Source: an uncultured virus (IMG/VR IMGVR_UViG_3300042891_001399)
Taxonomy: Duplodnaviria; Heunggongvirae; Uroviricota; Caudoviricetes
Strand: one strand, 5' to 3'
Virus record (IMG/VR): IMGVR_UViG_3300042891_001399
Length of the DNA stretch: 64,000 nt
The notes below the pieces were generated by a model. The model worked only from the letters and a program-made list of their open reading frames with translations. It was not told the origin of the DNA and did not search any database. Position 1 is the stretch's first letter; the number at the start of each line of letters is the position of its first letter. The position numbers were made by a program, and so were the translations under genes. Of this stretch, positions 18,838 through 28,689 are shown piece after piece.

Positions 18838-18858
18838 AACTTATATATTAAAATCCAA

Positions 18859-18885
18859 TAAACAAAATTGATATTTCTGAATATA
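18859..18885 (+). promoter_or_regulatory. Putative middle-type promoter TAAAC-N16-AATATA
   Basis: Same architecture upstream of primase, polB, clpP, infC, FKBP, AsnRS-like and uvsW. Confidence 0.5.
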
Positions 18886-18911
18886 TCATGTAAGTAAATT
18901 ATACCTTAATT

Positions 18912-19694
18912 ATGGCAGATAAAGTAAAGTTCAAAATCAATAGTGATAAGTTTGTGGATTTCATTTCTAAACTTGATGATTTGACTAAAATTGAAGATAC
19001 TATCAAGTTAAAAATTGATAATGATAATATTCTTATGTACTCAATGATGAGTAGTGGACAAACCATGTTGGCTTTTAAGAATTATATAGTCAATACAAGA
19101 GAGTATTTAGAATATGGAGATGATATGGAATTCTCAATTGATATAATTATTGCCAATGCTAAGAAATTTGTTAAGAATCTTAATTTTATCAAAGATTCTG
19201 AAAAAATAACATTTGAAATTTCTTACAAAGAATCACCAGACGATGAAACTATTATGAATGGTCGTTCTTTACAAGTTGTTGGTGGTAAGTTGAAAGTTAA
19301 TTGGATATCCGCAGAACATTATGAAATGAGAGATATTAACAAAGTGGCTTTAGCTCAAAGATTAAATCTTAAAAATAGAAAATGGTTCTTTAACATTAAT
19401 AAATCAGAGTTTTCAGATATTAAGAAGTTATCAAGTATAAATTCTGAAAGAATTATAAATATCAATGTTTTAAGTGGTAAAGTAACTTTATCAGAAAGAG
19501 CATCTTGGGAACTAGAAATTGAACCTATTGATGATGATAGAAGTGCGAGTTTAATGTTAAATAAAAAGTTCTTGAACTGTATCAATGAAATGGATAACAT
19601 TGAGTTTAGCATCTTTGAAACTTTTATGTTAGTTAAAGATGATAGCTCAAATCTCATGCTCTCGTTTGAGCAAGACTTCTCAAGTGACGACTAA
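18912..19694 (+). CDS. Probable DNA sliding clamp (gp45/PCNA-like)
   Basis: Size and repeated beta-alpha-beta-beta-beta pattern; shares a 13-nt upstream motif with the primase gene; near polB. Confidence 0.5.
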   Translation: MADKVKFKINSDKFVDFISKLDDLTKIEDTIKLKIDNDNILMYSMMSSGQTMLAFKNYIVNTREYLEYGDDMEFSIDIIIANAKKFVKNLNFIKDSEKITFEISYKESPDDETIMNGRSLQVVGGKLKVNWISAEHYEMRDINKVALAQRLNLKNRKWFFNINKSEFSDIKKLSSINSERIININVLSGKVTLSERASWELEIEPIDDDRSASLMLNKKFLNCINEMDNIEFSIFETFMLVKDDSSNLMLSFEQDFSSDD

Positions 19695-20470
19695 TCTCCC
19701 CATCTATTGCCTTTTGAAATATTTTCTTTCCAAAAAAGAGGTTGAAAGTTAGTATAATGATTTAGTTTATAAACATCTTCCTCACATTCTGACCAAGAGA
19801 TTGGTGTCTTATGATCCAACTGCCAATAAGAAGCATAATTATTCCAACTCATATCATCTGTAAATTGGGTTTCTATATGTTCTTTGAATGTTTCAAAATC
19901 ACATCCTAATATTTCTATTGTCTTTTTTGCCTTAGTGGTAAACTGACCTTTGAATGATTGTGTTATAAGAGTTCTGATACTACAAGTTAACTTAAATAGA
20001 GGATTATTCTCTTTTCTCTTTTTTATATACTCTCTATTGAGAGAGTTAAAATAATCTTTATTAACATCTCTATACTCTTTCTTTTTAGAATTAAGATGTT
20101 CTTTATTATCAAATTGATATTTTTTAATTTTATCCTTATTCTTCTTATAATATTCTTTTCTTTTCTTTGAGATATCTTCTCTATTATCCTCTCTATATCT
20201 TTTATGATAATCAGAATCATAATTTTCATTATTATATTTCTTTTTATATGCTTTTATCTTATCAATATTCTCAATAGTATATTCTTTAACTCTATCTTTT
20301 ATACTCTCTTTGTTTTCTTGATAGTATTCTTTTTTTTGAATATCTAATTTTTCTTTATTAAGAAGAGCGTATTCTTTTTTATACACCGATACACATTCCT
20401 TACATCTTGAGCCAGTTTTAGGAAACATACTTAATTCTTTTTCTACTAAACATTTATTACATTTTTTCAT
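19691..20470 (-). CDS. Free-standing HNH-type homing endonuclease
   Basis: N-terminal CNKC/CKEC, Lys/Tyr-rich repeats, WQLDHKTPIS...HYTNFQPLFWKENISK. Confidence 0.8.
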   Translation of the reverse strand: MKKCNKCLVEKELSMFPKTGSRCKECVSVYKKEYALLNKEKLDIQKKEYYQENKESIKDRVKEYTIENIDKIKAYKKKYNNENYDSDYHKRYREDNREDISKKRKEYYKKNKDKIKKYQFDNKEHLNSKKKEYRDVNKDYFNSLNREYIKKRKENNPLFKLTCSIRTLITQSFKGQFTTKAKKTIEILGCDFETFKEHIETQFTDDMSWNNYASYWQLDHKTPISWSECEEDVYKLNHYTNFQPLFWKENISKGNRWGD

Positions 20471-20547
20471 AGTATATATATTAAATAATAAAAATTATTT
20501 TTGAACAAGATTTTTCAGATGATTAATTAATTCCTTATATTTGTATA

Positions 20548-20937
20548 ATGAATTCTAATTTTAATTTTAAATACAAACTTCATATACCTAGTCAAAATAT
20601 TGAATTGTTATATAATGATATCAATACTATTGATAGAACCATTAGAGGTGTTAGAGAAATTAGAGTATTAACAAATAAAGGTGTATTTGTTATGATGGTT
20701 GATGAAAGATTTAATGAATTAGATTTTATTTATGATGAAAGACCAAATGATCCATTCAATCATGTTAATCAATCCACTGAATACTTAAAACAAAAGTACA
20801 ATGAATTAAAGTCAACAGACTTTAGATATAAATCGGGCGATGGTTATGAGGGCTCTAAGACGATATACTTAGAAGATTTTATAACTTACCTAAAGTCAGA
20901 AAATAGAGAAACAATAATTAATAATATACTATGTTAA
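20548..20937 (+). CDS. Hypothetical protein with C-terminal RxxxIxxIL tag
   Basis: Ends ENRETIINNILC; TATATTTG at 20536-20543. Confidence 0.7.
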   Translation: MNSNFNFKYKLHIPSQNIELLYNDINTIDRTIRGVREIRVLTNKGVFVMMVDERFNELDFIYDERPNDPFNHVNQSTEYLKQKYNELKSTDFRYKSGDGYEGSKTIYLEDFITYLKSENRETIINNILC

Positions 20938-21287
20938 ATAGAAACGATAGAAATGCTCTTAAAAGAAATAGAAATGCTGTTTCTTGGTTGTGTCTTTTAT
21001 GTATAATCTTATTTATTTGGATAAAAATAATATACGGTGATATAAATACATATTCAACTAACAATAATGAACTCAGATTTAATTTGGATGAGACTCAAAA
21101 GCTATGTATTGATAGAAAAAAGACTATTGATTCATTAATAATGGTTATTAACTATAAACAAGTTGATACACCAAAGATAGTAGTTAAAACATATAAGCCA
21201 TTAAAAAAAGACTCTTTGATTACTAAACCTAAAGTTAAAGTTGATTCTTCAAAAGTTGAAATTATTTTCAAAGATACAATAGAATAA
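20931..21287 (+). CDS. Single-pass membrane protein with coiled coil
   Basis: Basic N-terminus, hydrophobic helix WLCLLCIILFIWI. Confidence 0.65.
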   Translation: MLNRNDRNALKRNRNAVSWLCLLCIILFIWIKIIYGDINTYSTNNNELRFNLDETQKLCIDRKKTIDSLIMVINYKQVDTPKIVVKTYKPLKKDSLITKPKVKVDSSKVEIIFKDTIE

Positions 21288-21327
21288 GTCTAAACTTTTT
21301 ATCGTATTATAATAAAAGGCTTATTAC

Positions 21328-21882
21328 ATGAAGCCTAATACAAATAGAAACCGAAATGTTCGTGTTATCAAAACGAACAAACACAAATTAAACCATGAAG
21401 TTAGATTCCCACAAGTTAGACTTGTGGGATTTTATGATGAACCAACTCTAATGAGTTCTTATGATGCTTCTAAATTGGCAGAAGCTGAAGAACTTGATTT
21501 AATTCTAATTAATGAAAATCAAGATCCTCCTATTGTTAGGATTGAAGATTACAAAAAATTTCTTTACAATTTAGAAAAGGCTGAAAAAGAAAAAAAGAAA
21601 AACTCCATTAAATCTGTTACAAAGGAGATTCAACTAAGTCCTGAAATTTCAGATAATGACTTAAATACTAAGGCTAAAAAGGGACTTGAGTTTTTGGAAG
21701 ATGGTAATAAAATAAAAGTTGTTCTTCAATTAAAGGGTAGACAAAAAGCCTCTCCTGAAAGAGGAGAGTTAACTATGTTAAAATTTGCCAGAGCCGTAGA
21801 ATCAAATGGAACACTGGAGTCATTTCCAAAGTTAGAAGGTGGTAAGTGGTTAATGATGGTAAAGCCTCTTTCTAAGAAATAA
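21328..21882 (+). CDS. infC: Translation initiation factor IF-3
   Basis: LNHEVRFPQVRLVG, LDLILI...PPIVRIEDYKKFLY, KEIQL...DLNTK...FLEDGNKIKV...GRQ. Confidence 0.92.
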   Translation: MKPNTNRNRNVRVIKTNKHKLNHEVRFPQVRLVGFYDEPTLMSSYDASKLAEAEELDLILINENQDPPIVRIEDYKKFLYNLEKAEKEKKKNSIKSVTKEIQLSPEISDNDLNTKAKKGLEFLEDGNKIKVVLQLKGRQKASPERGELTMLKFARAVESNGTLESFPKLEGGKWLMMVKPLSKK

Positions 21883-21922
21883 TATCCAAACTTTATAACA
21901 TGTTTTTTATATAATTTCTACT

Positions 21923-23338
21923 ATGACAAAAGAGGAGAAATTAAAAAATATTGAATTGTTAAAGAAAAAAGCTTCTGAGCTTAAAAAAGAAGCTGATTAC
22001 TATAACGCATTACAACTCGCGTTAAAATTAGTTCTTAACGGTTCTTATGGTGCGTTTGCTACGTCATACTTCATATTGTATAATAATCACGTTGCTGGTA
22101 CAATTACAGCTCAAGGTCGTGACTTAACCAGAACAATGGATAAAGTTAACGAAGACTATTGGTATAATCAATGGCATAATGACCACGAGTTACACTATAA
22201 ATTAGGAATTAAAAACGTAACACAAATTAATAAAAATGAACCGGTTAGTATCTATGCTGATACCGATTCACTTTTTGTTTCTTTCAAACCGGCAATTGAT
22301 CATTGTGAATGGAAGGATTTAATATTCAATAGTGAATACTTAGATTCAATAAATGAAAAATTCATCATATTAACAAATGATGAAACAAGAACCAACAATC
22401 CTAACTGTTTGGGTATTGCTAATAAATTATCTGAATTAGAGGAGTTAATTAAAAAAGACTATGAATTGATATTAGTTGATGGTAACTATGTTAAAGATAG
22501 AAGTTTGAATAAAATGATTAACAATGGTGTGTTCACATCTGAAATCAGATGGAACTGGAATATGGAACAAGACTTTATACAAGGAGCCGACCATTTTAGA
22601 TATGGTGGTTACTTTAAGAAGTGCTTAGAGGATTATGCTAGTTCTTTTGGAGTTGAAAATAAAGAAGATTTTGAGTTAGAGAGAATTTCAGAATCAATGA
22701 TTAACATTGCTAAGAAGAAATATATCTGTCACATTACCTTTGAAGATGGTATTCCTTATGAAAGATTGAATTATATCTATCCAAAAGGTGTGGAGCTTGT
22801 TCGTTCTTCAACTCCAGCATTCGCCCGTGATAAGATTGTAAGTATTGTAAAGTATTTATTCTCACACGCTGATACATTTAACATCAAAGATTTATTGAAA
22901 TTAGTTAAAGGTTTAAGAAAAGAATTTGAATTGGCTGATATTGATGATATCTGTATGCAATCATCTGTTTCTAAATACGAAACTAAAGTTCTACACGATA
23001 AGACATTACCTTTACAGTTTGTAAGTGGTGCTCACTTTGCTGTTAAGTCAGCGGCTCATTATAATTACCTATTAATGAAAAGTAAAGATTATCAACAAAA
23101 GTATGAGTTTATTAAATCAGGAACTAAAATCAAATACTATTGTTGTAAAGATAAATCTGTAACAGATATGTTTGCTTATATTCGTGGTTCTTATCCTATG
23201 GAGTTCGCACCACCAATTGATTATGATCTTCAGTTTTCCAAATCAATCTTATCTCCTGTGAATTCAATTATTGAACCACTTGGTATGCCAGAGATAACAT
23301 CCCGTCTGACGGTTATAATGGATATATTTGGTCGTTAA
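21923..23338 (+). CDS. Family B DNA polymerase, C-terminal subunit (split gp43-like)
   Basis: Motif B QLALKLVLNGSYG, motif C YADTDS, KKKY, KGVELVRSSTP; no exonuclease domain or motif A. Confidence 0.88.
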   Translation: MTKEEKLKNIELLKKKASELKKEADYYNALQLALKLVLNGSYGAFATSYFILYNNHVAGTITAQGRDLTRTMDKVNEDYWYNQWHNDHELHYKLGIKNVTQINKNEPVSIYADTDSLFVSFKPAIDHCEWKDLIFNSEYLDSINEKFIILTNDETRTNNPNCLGIANKLSELEELIKKDYELILVDGNYVKDRSLNKMINNGVFTSEIRWNWNMEQDFIQGADHFRYGGYFKKCLEDYASSFGVENKEDFELERISESMINIAKKKYICHITFEDGIPYERLNYIYPKGVELVRSSTPAFARDKIVSIVKYLFSHADTFNIKDLLKLVKGLRKEFELADIDDICMQSSVSKYETKVLHDKTLPLQFVSGAHFAVKSAAHYNYLLMKSKDYQQKYEFIKSGTKIKYYCCKDKSVTDMFAYIRGSYPMEFAPPIDYDLQFSKSILSPVNSIIEPLGMPEITSRLTVIMDIFGR

Positions 23339-23418
23339 AAATCTCTTTGTAATTTCTGATTTTTTCAACCTTTATGGATGAATGATAATCTATCAAAGGG
23401 TAATAGATATTCCAGTAT

Positions 23419-24195
23419 TTAATCTCTATAAATAACATTTGATAAAGGTGATGTGAAAACGTCACCTTTTATTGTTATAGGGTCATTGGGAGTATTCTTT
23501 ATTATAATATATTCCGTATCAGAATAAAGCATTAAATAATTTACAGAACCAACTGATAATGAACCAGCTGATTTAGCATATAATTTATCACTAATAGTTT
23601 TATATTCACTAAATGGTTTAATTTGAATTGTGAATTCTCTACCATTGTGTGTAAATTTAGCATCAATACCATTAACATCTTCAGCTACTGTTGGATCAGT
23701 AATAACAATATTTAGATTTTTAGACTTAGCAAACTCAGAGAACTTTTGTTTACATTTAATTTCATTAACATTGCCTTTTCTTGTAGTATTTATTAAGATA
23801 GGTAAAGATTGTCTCTTAAAGAAATCCCCGCTATAGTGATAAACATCTTTGAAATTGGATTCTAATAAAGTATAAAAAGTATTTTCATCTTTGATTTTAT
23901 TCTCTCTAATAAATGTTTTAAATATAGTATAGTTATTAACCATTTTAGAGATGTATTCACTACCTATCATTTCACCATTTACATTAATATCATAGTTAAT
24001 ACTTCCTTGACGAGGATATTTAAATCCAAAAGGACCATAAATCTCTCCGATATAATTGTATATCTTTTGATTCAAATTAACAATTGAATTGGGACCATAT
24101 TTATTGGTATAGAAACCAGGACCTTTTTGATTGTCATCTAAATAGACTCTTTGGTCATCTGCTTCTTTAATATAGTTTGAATACTTTTTAATCAT
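23419..24195 (-). CDS. Putative PD-(D/E)XK nuclease-fold protein with leader
   Basis: MIKKYSNYIKEA; GNVNE...DVNGIDA...TIQIKP. Confidence 0.55.
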   Translation of the reverse strand: MIKKYSNYIKEADDQRVYLDDNQKGPGFYTNKYGPNSIVNLNQKIYNYIGEIYGPFGFKYPRQGSINYDINVNGEMIGSEYISKMVNNYTIFKTFIRENKIKDENTFYTLLESNFKDVYHYSGDFFKRQSLPILINTTRKGNVNEIKCKQKFSEFAKSKNLNIVITDPTVAEDVNGIDAKFTHNGREFTIQIKPFSEYKTISDKLYAKSAGSLSVGSVNYLMLYSDTEYIIIKNTPNDPITIKGDVFTSPLSNVIYRD

Positions 24196-24226
24196 ATGGT
24201 ATATATTAAAAGTAGATATATAAATT

Positions 24227-24457
24227 ATGAAAAATGACGAAATATATCCTTATTACATAGATTATTTAAATGATAGACTGAATGAAGGTAAAATATCAAA
24301 AGGTTCCTTATCACTATTAAAAATGAGTAGTTCTTCATTTGAGGATTTCAAATACAGATTTGAGAATGATGAACTTTTTAACAGTAAAGTAATAGAACTT
24401 CATAAGTCCGAAGTTAGGGACAAAAAAATTGATGATATATTTGATGACCTTGATTGA
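24227..24457 (+). CDS. Small hypothetical protein with C-terminal tag
   Basis: Ends EVRDKKIDDIFDDLD. Confidence 0.7.
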   Translation: MKNDEIYPYYIDYLNDRLNEGKISKGSLSLLKMSSSSFEDFKYRFENDELFNSKVIELHKSEVRDKKIDDIFDDLD

Positions 24458-24857
24458 AAAATTAGATTACAAAGGCACAACCGTTAGATTTTACAATGGT
24501 ATAGACTTTGATGCTTTAATAGATCATGCTAAAGACGGATCCAATGGGTTCGTCTTTTGTTTTATAGAAAGTTGGGTGAAAGAATCTCAAAGTTATAATA
24601 GAAATAATAAACTTAAATCTGTAATAGATAACACAGAATACTCAGAATTTGATTGGGAAGATATAAGTAACGACTATATAAGCGTTTATCAAACAGATGG
24701 TATTGGTGTGGATATATTATATCAAGCTATTCGTGACAAAGTAATACAAAATCACTTACCGAATTCACCGTATTTAAGTATAACAGAATGTGATGATAAT
24801 GGAGTTTTTAATTCTGGTGGTGCTTGGAAGATAGAAGTTGGAAAAATTGATGATTGA
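24444..24857 (+). CDS. Hypothetical protein
   Basis: ATG 24444 preferred; internal RNNKLKSVI. Confidence 0.65.
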   Translation: MTLIEKLDYKGTTVRFYNGIDFDALIDHAKDGSNGFVFCFIESWVKESQSYNRNNKLKSVIDNTEYSEFDWEDISNDYISVYQTDGIGVDILYQAIRDKVIQNHLPNSPYLSITECDDNGVFNSGGAWKIEVGKIDD

Positions 24858-24885
24858 TTAATAAATATATACCTCAGTGATTATT

Positions 24886-25392
24886 ATGAAACACCTAATG
24901 CGATATGAAGGATATACTGCTCAACAAAGAGTAGATGACATCTTAGATAAGATATCTAAGTATGGCATGGCTTCGCTCAGAGATGATGAGAAAGACTTTC
25001 TAAACGCACACAAGATTGGAAATGAAGAAGAAGTTCATAATAAGATGATTGTTGATGAGAGTGATACTATATTTGAAGATGATAACGGTTATTTCAAATT
25101 TGAACACTCAGAGACCGAAGACTATGGAGATGAAATTCATTATATAGGAACTTTATATGTGCCTGATTTAGTATTTCCAAATGGTAAGAAGATAGAAGGA
25201 CGTTTAGAAGGTAGAATTATTGTTTATAGTAGCAGTGGTCAAGTATCACCAGATTTTTATTCAATAGCAAAAGACCCACATACTCACGATAACTATGATG
25301 TATTTGAATTTTGTAATGGATTAGAGTATGAATTAGACTCTTTTATAGATTATGTAGTATCAGAATTAGATGGAAAAAATAAAGATTTATAA
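24886..25392 (+). CDS. Leader-bearing protein with N-terminal DUF6576-like motif
   Basis: MKHLMRYEGY; VDDILDKISKYGMASLRDDEKDFL. Confidence 0.7.
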   Translation: MKHLMRYEGYTAQQRVDDILDKISKYGMASLRDDEKDFLNAHKIGNEEEVHNKMIVDESDTIFEDDNGYFKFEHSETEDYGDEIHYIGTLYVPDLVFPNGKKIEGRLEGRIIVYSSSGQVSPDFYSIAKDPHTHDNYDVFEFCNGLEYELDSFIDYVVSELDGKNKDL

Positions 25393-25437
25393 TTTAATAT
25401 ATAATATCTATAAAATACAAAAAATAATTAAAATATC

Positions 25438-25944
25438 ATGATTAAAAGATATAACGAATTTGTAGGTGGTAAAGTGAATGAGCACTTCTCAGGATTAGAT
25501 AGTAATCCAGATTTAGAATCTCAACTTAGCGAACCTACAAACACTGAAACATCTGAGGTTGAAGAAGCTCCAGTAGCAGAACTACCCGAAGAAGAAGGTG
25601 GTGAATATCAAGGTCAAATATTGTTAAATCAATTGGCTAATGAATTAGGAACTGAAGTTGATACTGATGGTTCAATTAACTACGAAGGTAAAAAAATCAA
25701 TTTCTTTTCAGAAACTGAAAAATTCCACGTTGATGGTAAAAAATTCTCAACAGCTGAAGAAGTTGTTAATTACTTAGGTGGTTCTAACGAAGCTCCTGAA
25801 CACACACATGCTCACGAACATGAAGAAGAGCCATCATTTGATGAAACTGAAGGTGACTTAGCTCGTAGAGACTTAGAAGATGAAATGGGAGCTTATGAAT
25901 CTAAAAGCTACAGACATACAAGACTAAAGAAATTTGGTAAATAA
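25438..25944 (+). CDS. Acidic leader-bearing protein (possible head core/scaffold)
   Basis: MIKRYNEF...VNE, Glu-rich, TAATATATA at 25395. Confidence 0.7.
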   Translation: MIKRYNEFVGGKVNEHFSGLDSNPDLESQLSEPTNTETSEVEEAPVAELPEEEGGEYQGQILLNQLANELGTEVDTDGSINYEGKKINFFSETEKFHVDGKKFSTAEEVVNYLGGSNEAPEHTHAHEHEEEPSFDETEGDLARRDLEDEMGAYESKSYRHTRLKKFGK

Positions 25945-25945
25945 C

Positions 25946-25973
25946 AAAAAACCACTCAATGAGTGGTTTTTTT
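25946..25973. terminator. Bidirectional terminator, CCACTCA/TGAGTGG family
   Basis: A-tract CCACTCA-A-TGAGTGG T-tract. Confidence 0.8.
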
Positions 25974-25991
25974 ATTTTAAATAGGTTATGA

Positions 25992-26315
25992 TTACTTAAC
26001 CTCTTCAGATGAATTATCTGTACCGGTTGCAATAGCAGCATCTGATTTGTGCTTAGATTGTGTTACTTTACCACCGATGTAGTTTTTAACACCAATTAAA
26101 CTCGCGCCAATTAAAGTGAAAGTGATTGCTTGTGTTATAACATCCATAGATTTATCAATGAACATTTTATCAATTACACCAAGTAAGAAAGATAAACATC
26201 CTACAACTACGATAATAAATCCAGATGTTGATGTTACTGATGTTTTTCCATCAGGGTTTGAAGTCATTTCACCAAATGACCATTTTTTAATGTCTCCAAT
26301 TTTAGGTAAACTCAT
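25992..26315 (-). CDS. Two-TM membrane protein, holin candidate
   Basis: Two hydrophobic helices and a charged C-terminal tail. Confidence 0.55.
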   Translation of the reverse strand: MSLPKIGDIKKWSFGEMTSNPDGKTSVTSTSGFIIVVVGCLSFLLGVIDKMFIDKSMDVITQAITFTLIGASLIGVKNYIGGKVTQSKHKSDAAIATGTDNSSEEVK

Positions 26316-26394
26316 AGTGATTAAATTATTTTTTCATGGTTATATATCTTTTTAGGAAAGTGATATTTTCCAATATATAAAAAGTGAAAGAATT

Positions 26395-26862
26395 ATGAGA
26401 TTGATTAAAATATTAAAATTTATATACAAAGCAGAACATCCGCACTTCTTATCAGTTGATAAAGAAACATACAGTAAATGGAAGTGGTTAATCAGAGCTT
26501 CTGTTAGTTTAAATAAAAACTACAAGTCATGTGAAATATTCCGTAAAAAGTATAAAGTGATGGAAGGCTTTGTAGTTATTGGTCTTAAATACAATGGTAA
26601 AAATGTTAAAAGAAGAACTTCAGGATTTGCTAAAGAATTCTTAGAAGAAAACATAGAAGCAAATTGTATTTATTGTGATGTTAAATTAGATAAAGAAAAT
26701 GCAACTGCTGATCATATCATTCCAATTTCAGATGGTGGAAATAATTGTCAAGTTAATTTAGTTGTTTGTTGTAAAGATTGCAATAATCAAAGAGGAAATA
26801 TGGATTTTAACACTTACATCTCTATTAAAAAGAAAAATCTAAAAGGTAAGTTATTTATCTAA
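26395..26862 (+). CDS. HNH endonuclease
   Basis: CIYC...TADHIIPISDGGNN...NLVVCCKDCN. Confidence 0.85.
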   Translation: MRLIKILKFIYKAEHPHFLSVDKETYSKWKWLIRASVSLNKNYKSCEIFRKKYKVMEGFVVIGLKYNGKNVKRRTSGFAKEFLEENIEANCIYCDVKLDKENATADHIIPISDGGNNCQVNLVVCCKDCNNQRGNMDFNTYISIKKKNLKGKLFI

Positions 26863-28052
26863 AGATTTTTGAAGTTATCAAACTTCTTATTATAGTCAGT
26901 TTCTTCTTCATTCTTTTTCCTTCTTCTAAACTTAGGAATCCATTTGACATCCATAACATCTTGACTAAAGAAACCATTCAGTTCCAACTTCTTAAAAGGT
27001 TCTGGTACAAGTTCAGCCAATTTATTAATATCTTTAACTTTACTAATTCTATGTAAAAGTCTATAAGGATCGGCGGCATTCTTTTTATTAACAATATCCT
27101 CAAATAGTTTTCTCCATAAGAATATAGGATAACCTTCTTTTAATTTCTCTTCAGATTTTTTATAACCAGCTTCATCATTATCAAAGAAATATTGTAGTTC
27201 CAAGTTGTTGTTCTCAAGAAATCTAAAGTCGGTATTGACACCGACTAAGCCAATTGAGTTTGGAAAAAATAAAGAGTCTAGATAACCTTCAAAAACAGTT
27301 ATTTTACTTTCAAGATTAACATTAAGTATATTAAAGTAATAAGATAGTTTATTATAGATTACTAAATCATTCATATCGGGTTCAGGTAAGTCTTTACCAA
27401 TACTAACCCACTCTAAAAGATTTTCATAGTTGTAGATTTTGAATGTTCTTCTTCTACCTTCTTTTAAGTTACGAATTTGCATACCTAAAACCTTATCACC
27501 TCTTCTATTTAGAAGTGCGATAATCCATTCAGATTCATCCTCATTCTTCCAATACTTAGCTTGATAGATATTATTATGATATTCCGGTGGAATACCACGA
27601 CCAACTAGATACTTATAAACACCACCATTTACTTGAATAGGTTTGAAGTCTGAAATAGGTGTTAAATCTTGACTGAAGACTCTTTCAAGTTCAGACATAT
27701 CAATTAGATTCTCAAATCTAGCATCAACAAAGTCACCTTCATAGTCAGAATAAGTCATAACACTATTTAAGTGTTCTATCATTTCTAACTTTTTATCGGG
27801 ATCTAATTGCTCGTTGAAGTCTTTGCAGAATCTATCAAAAGTTGTTTTCTTATCACAGTTAAAGCAAATAAAGATAAGACGGTTGTAATAGAAGTTTCCA
27901 CGTTTAGCATTAACATTTTTATGACTGTCTCCGCAATATGGACAAGAAAAGTTTACCCTATCGTTGTAATCAACAGTTTTCCTCTTTTGAATATTTGAAA
28001 ATTCCTTACTGAGAACTCTATTTATTATACCATTTATGTAGACTTTATCCAT
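26859..28052 (-). CDS. DNA primase (T4 gp61-like)
   Basis: CPYCGDS...CFNC Zn finger, YLVGRGI, TOPRIM FEGYLDSLF and FFDND; ATG at 28052. Confidence 0.88.
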   Translation of the reverse strand: MDKVYINGIINRVLSKEFSNIQKRKTVDYNDRVNFSCPYCGDSHKNVNAKRGNFYYNRLIFICFNCDKKTTFDRFCKDFNEQLDPDKKLEMIEHLNSVMTYSDYEGDFVDARFENLIDMSELERVFSQDLTPISDFKPIQVNGGVYKYLVGRGIPPEYHNNIYQAKYWKNEDESEWIIALLNRRGDKVLGMQIRNLKEGRRRTFKIYNYENLLEWVSIGKDLPEPDMNDLVIYNKLSYYFNILNVNLESKITVFEGYLDSLFFPNSIGLVGVNTDFRFLENNNLELQYFFDNDEAGYKKSEEKLKEGYPIFLWRKLFEDIVNKKNAADPYRLLHRISKVKDINKLAELVPEPFKKLELNGFFSQDVMDVKWIPKFRRRKKNEEETDYNKKFDNFKNL

Positions 28053-28121
28053 CACATGATATATTCTAAAAAAACTATTTAGTTTATTTTTATAAAAGTT
28101 ATATAATTAGTATATTTGTAT

Positions 28122-28358
28122 ATGGAAAATTTGAAGCAAGTTTATGAGTTGGGTAGAAATGTAAAAGATTCTGATATACCAGAAATGTGGAAAGAAAGTT
28201 TTGGTAATTTTATGATGGGCCAAACTTGTCAAGCTGAGGTGGATGAAGATGGAAAAGTAAAAGAGTTCATTTACTACTCTCATGACTTCCGTAGATGGTA
28301 TAATATGAATAAACAAGCAATTGAAAGAGATATTAAAATAGACCAAATTTATGAATAA
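28122..28358 (+). CDS. Small hypothetical protein with C-terminal tag
   Basis: ATG 28122, 3 nt after TATATTTG; ends IERDIKIDQIYE. Confidence 0.7.
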   Translation: MENLKQVYELGRNVKDSDIPEMWKESFGNFMMGQTCQAEVDEDGKVKEFIYYSHDFRRWYNMNKQAIERDIKIDQIYE

Positions 28359-28689
28359 AGGTAGGTTTTTACACGAAGAAAAAATAAAAGACCATTCAAA
28401 CATAGGTGTTTATGGTATATTTTCAACTACAAAAGTTGAATGGAGGTACTATGTAATATCATATAATACTAGTGCTAATGGTGGTATCAAACTAACATCG
28501 GAGTTATGTGATTATGTACAAGAGGCAACTCTTGATAGCGTTAATAGACATGGTAAAGAATATAAAACTGTTGATGATGCTAAGAAGTTTATTCAAGAAT
28601 ATAAAGTAAAGTGGGAAACAGGTTCTAATAATACAACACAAGAAGTTAGGGCTAAGAAGCTTGATGATATATTAGACGGTGATAAATAA
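28351..28689 (+). CDS. Hypothetical protein with C-terminal tag
   Basis: Ends EVRAKKLDDILDGDK. Confidence 0.7.
   Translation: MNKGRFLHEEKIKDHSNIGVYGIFSTTKVEWRYYVISYNTSANGGIKLTSELCDYVQEATLDSVNRHGKEYKTVDDAKKFIQEYKVKWETGSNNTTQEVRAKKLDDILDGDK

Noticed and set aside
22271..22580. Intein or intron in the polymerase insertion
   Set aside because: The frame is open, with no C-terminal HN followed by C/S/T and no endonuclease motifs
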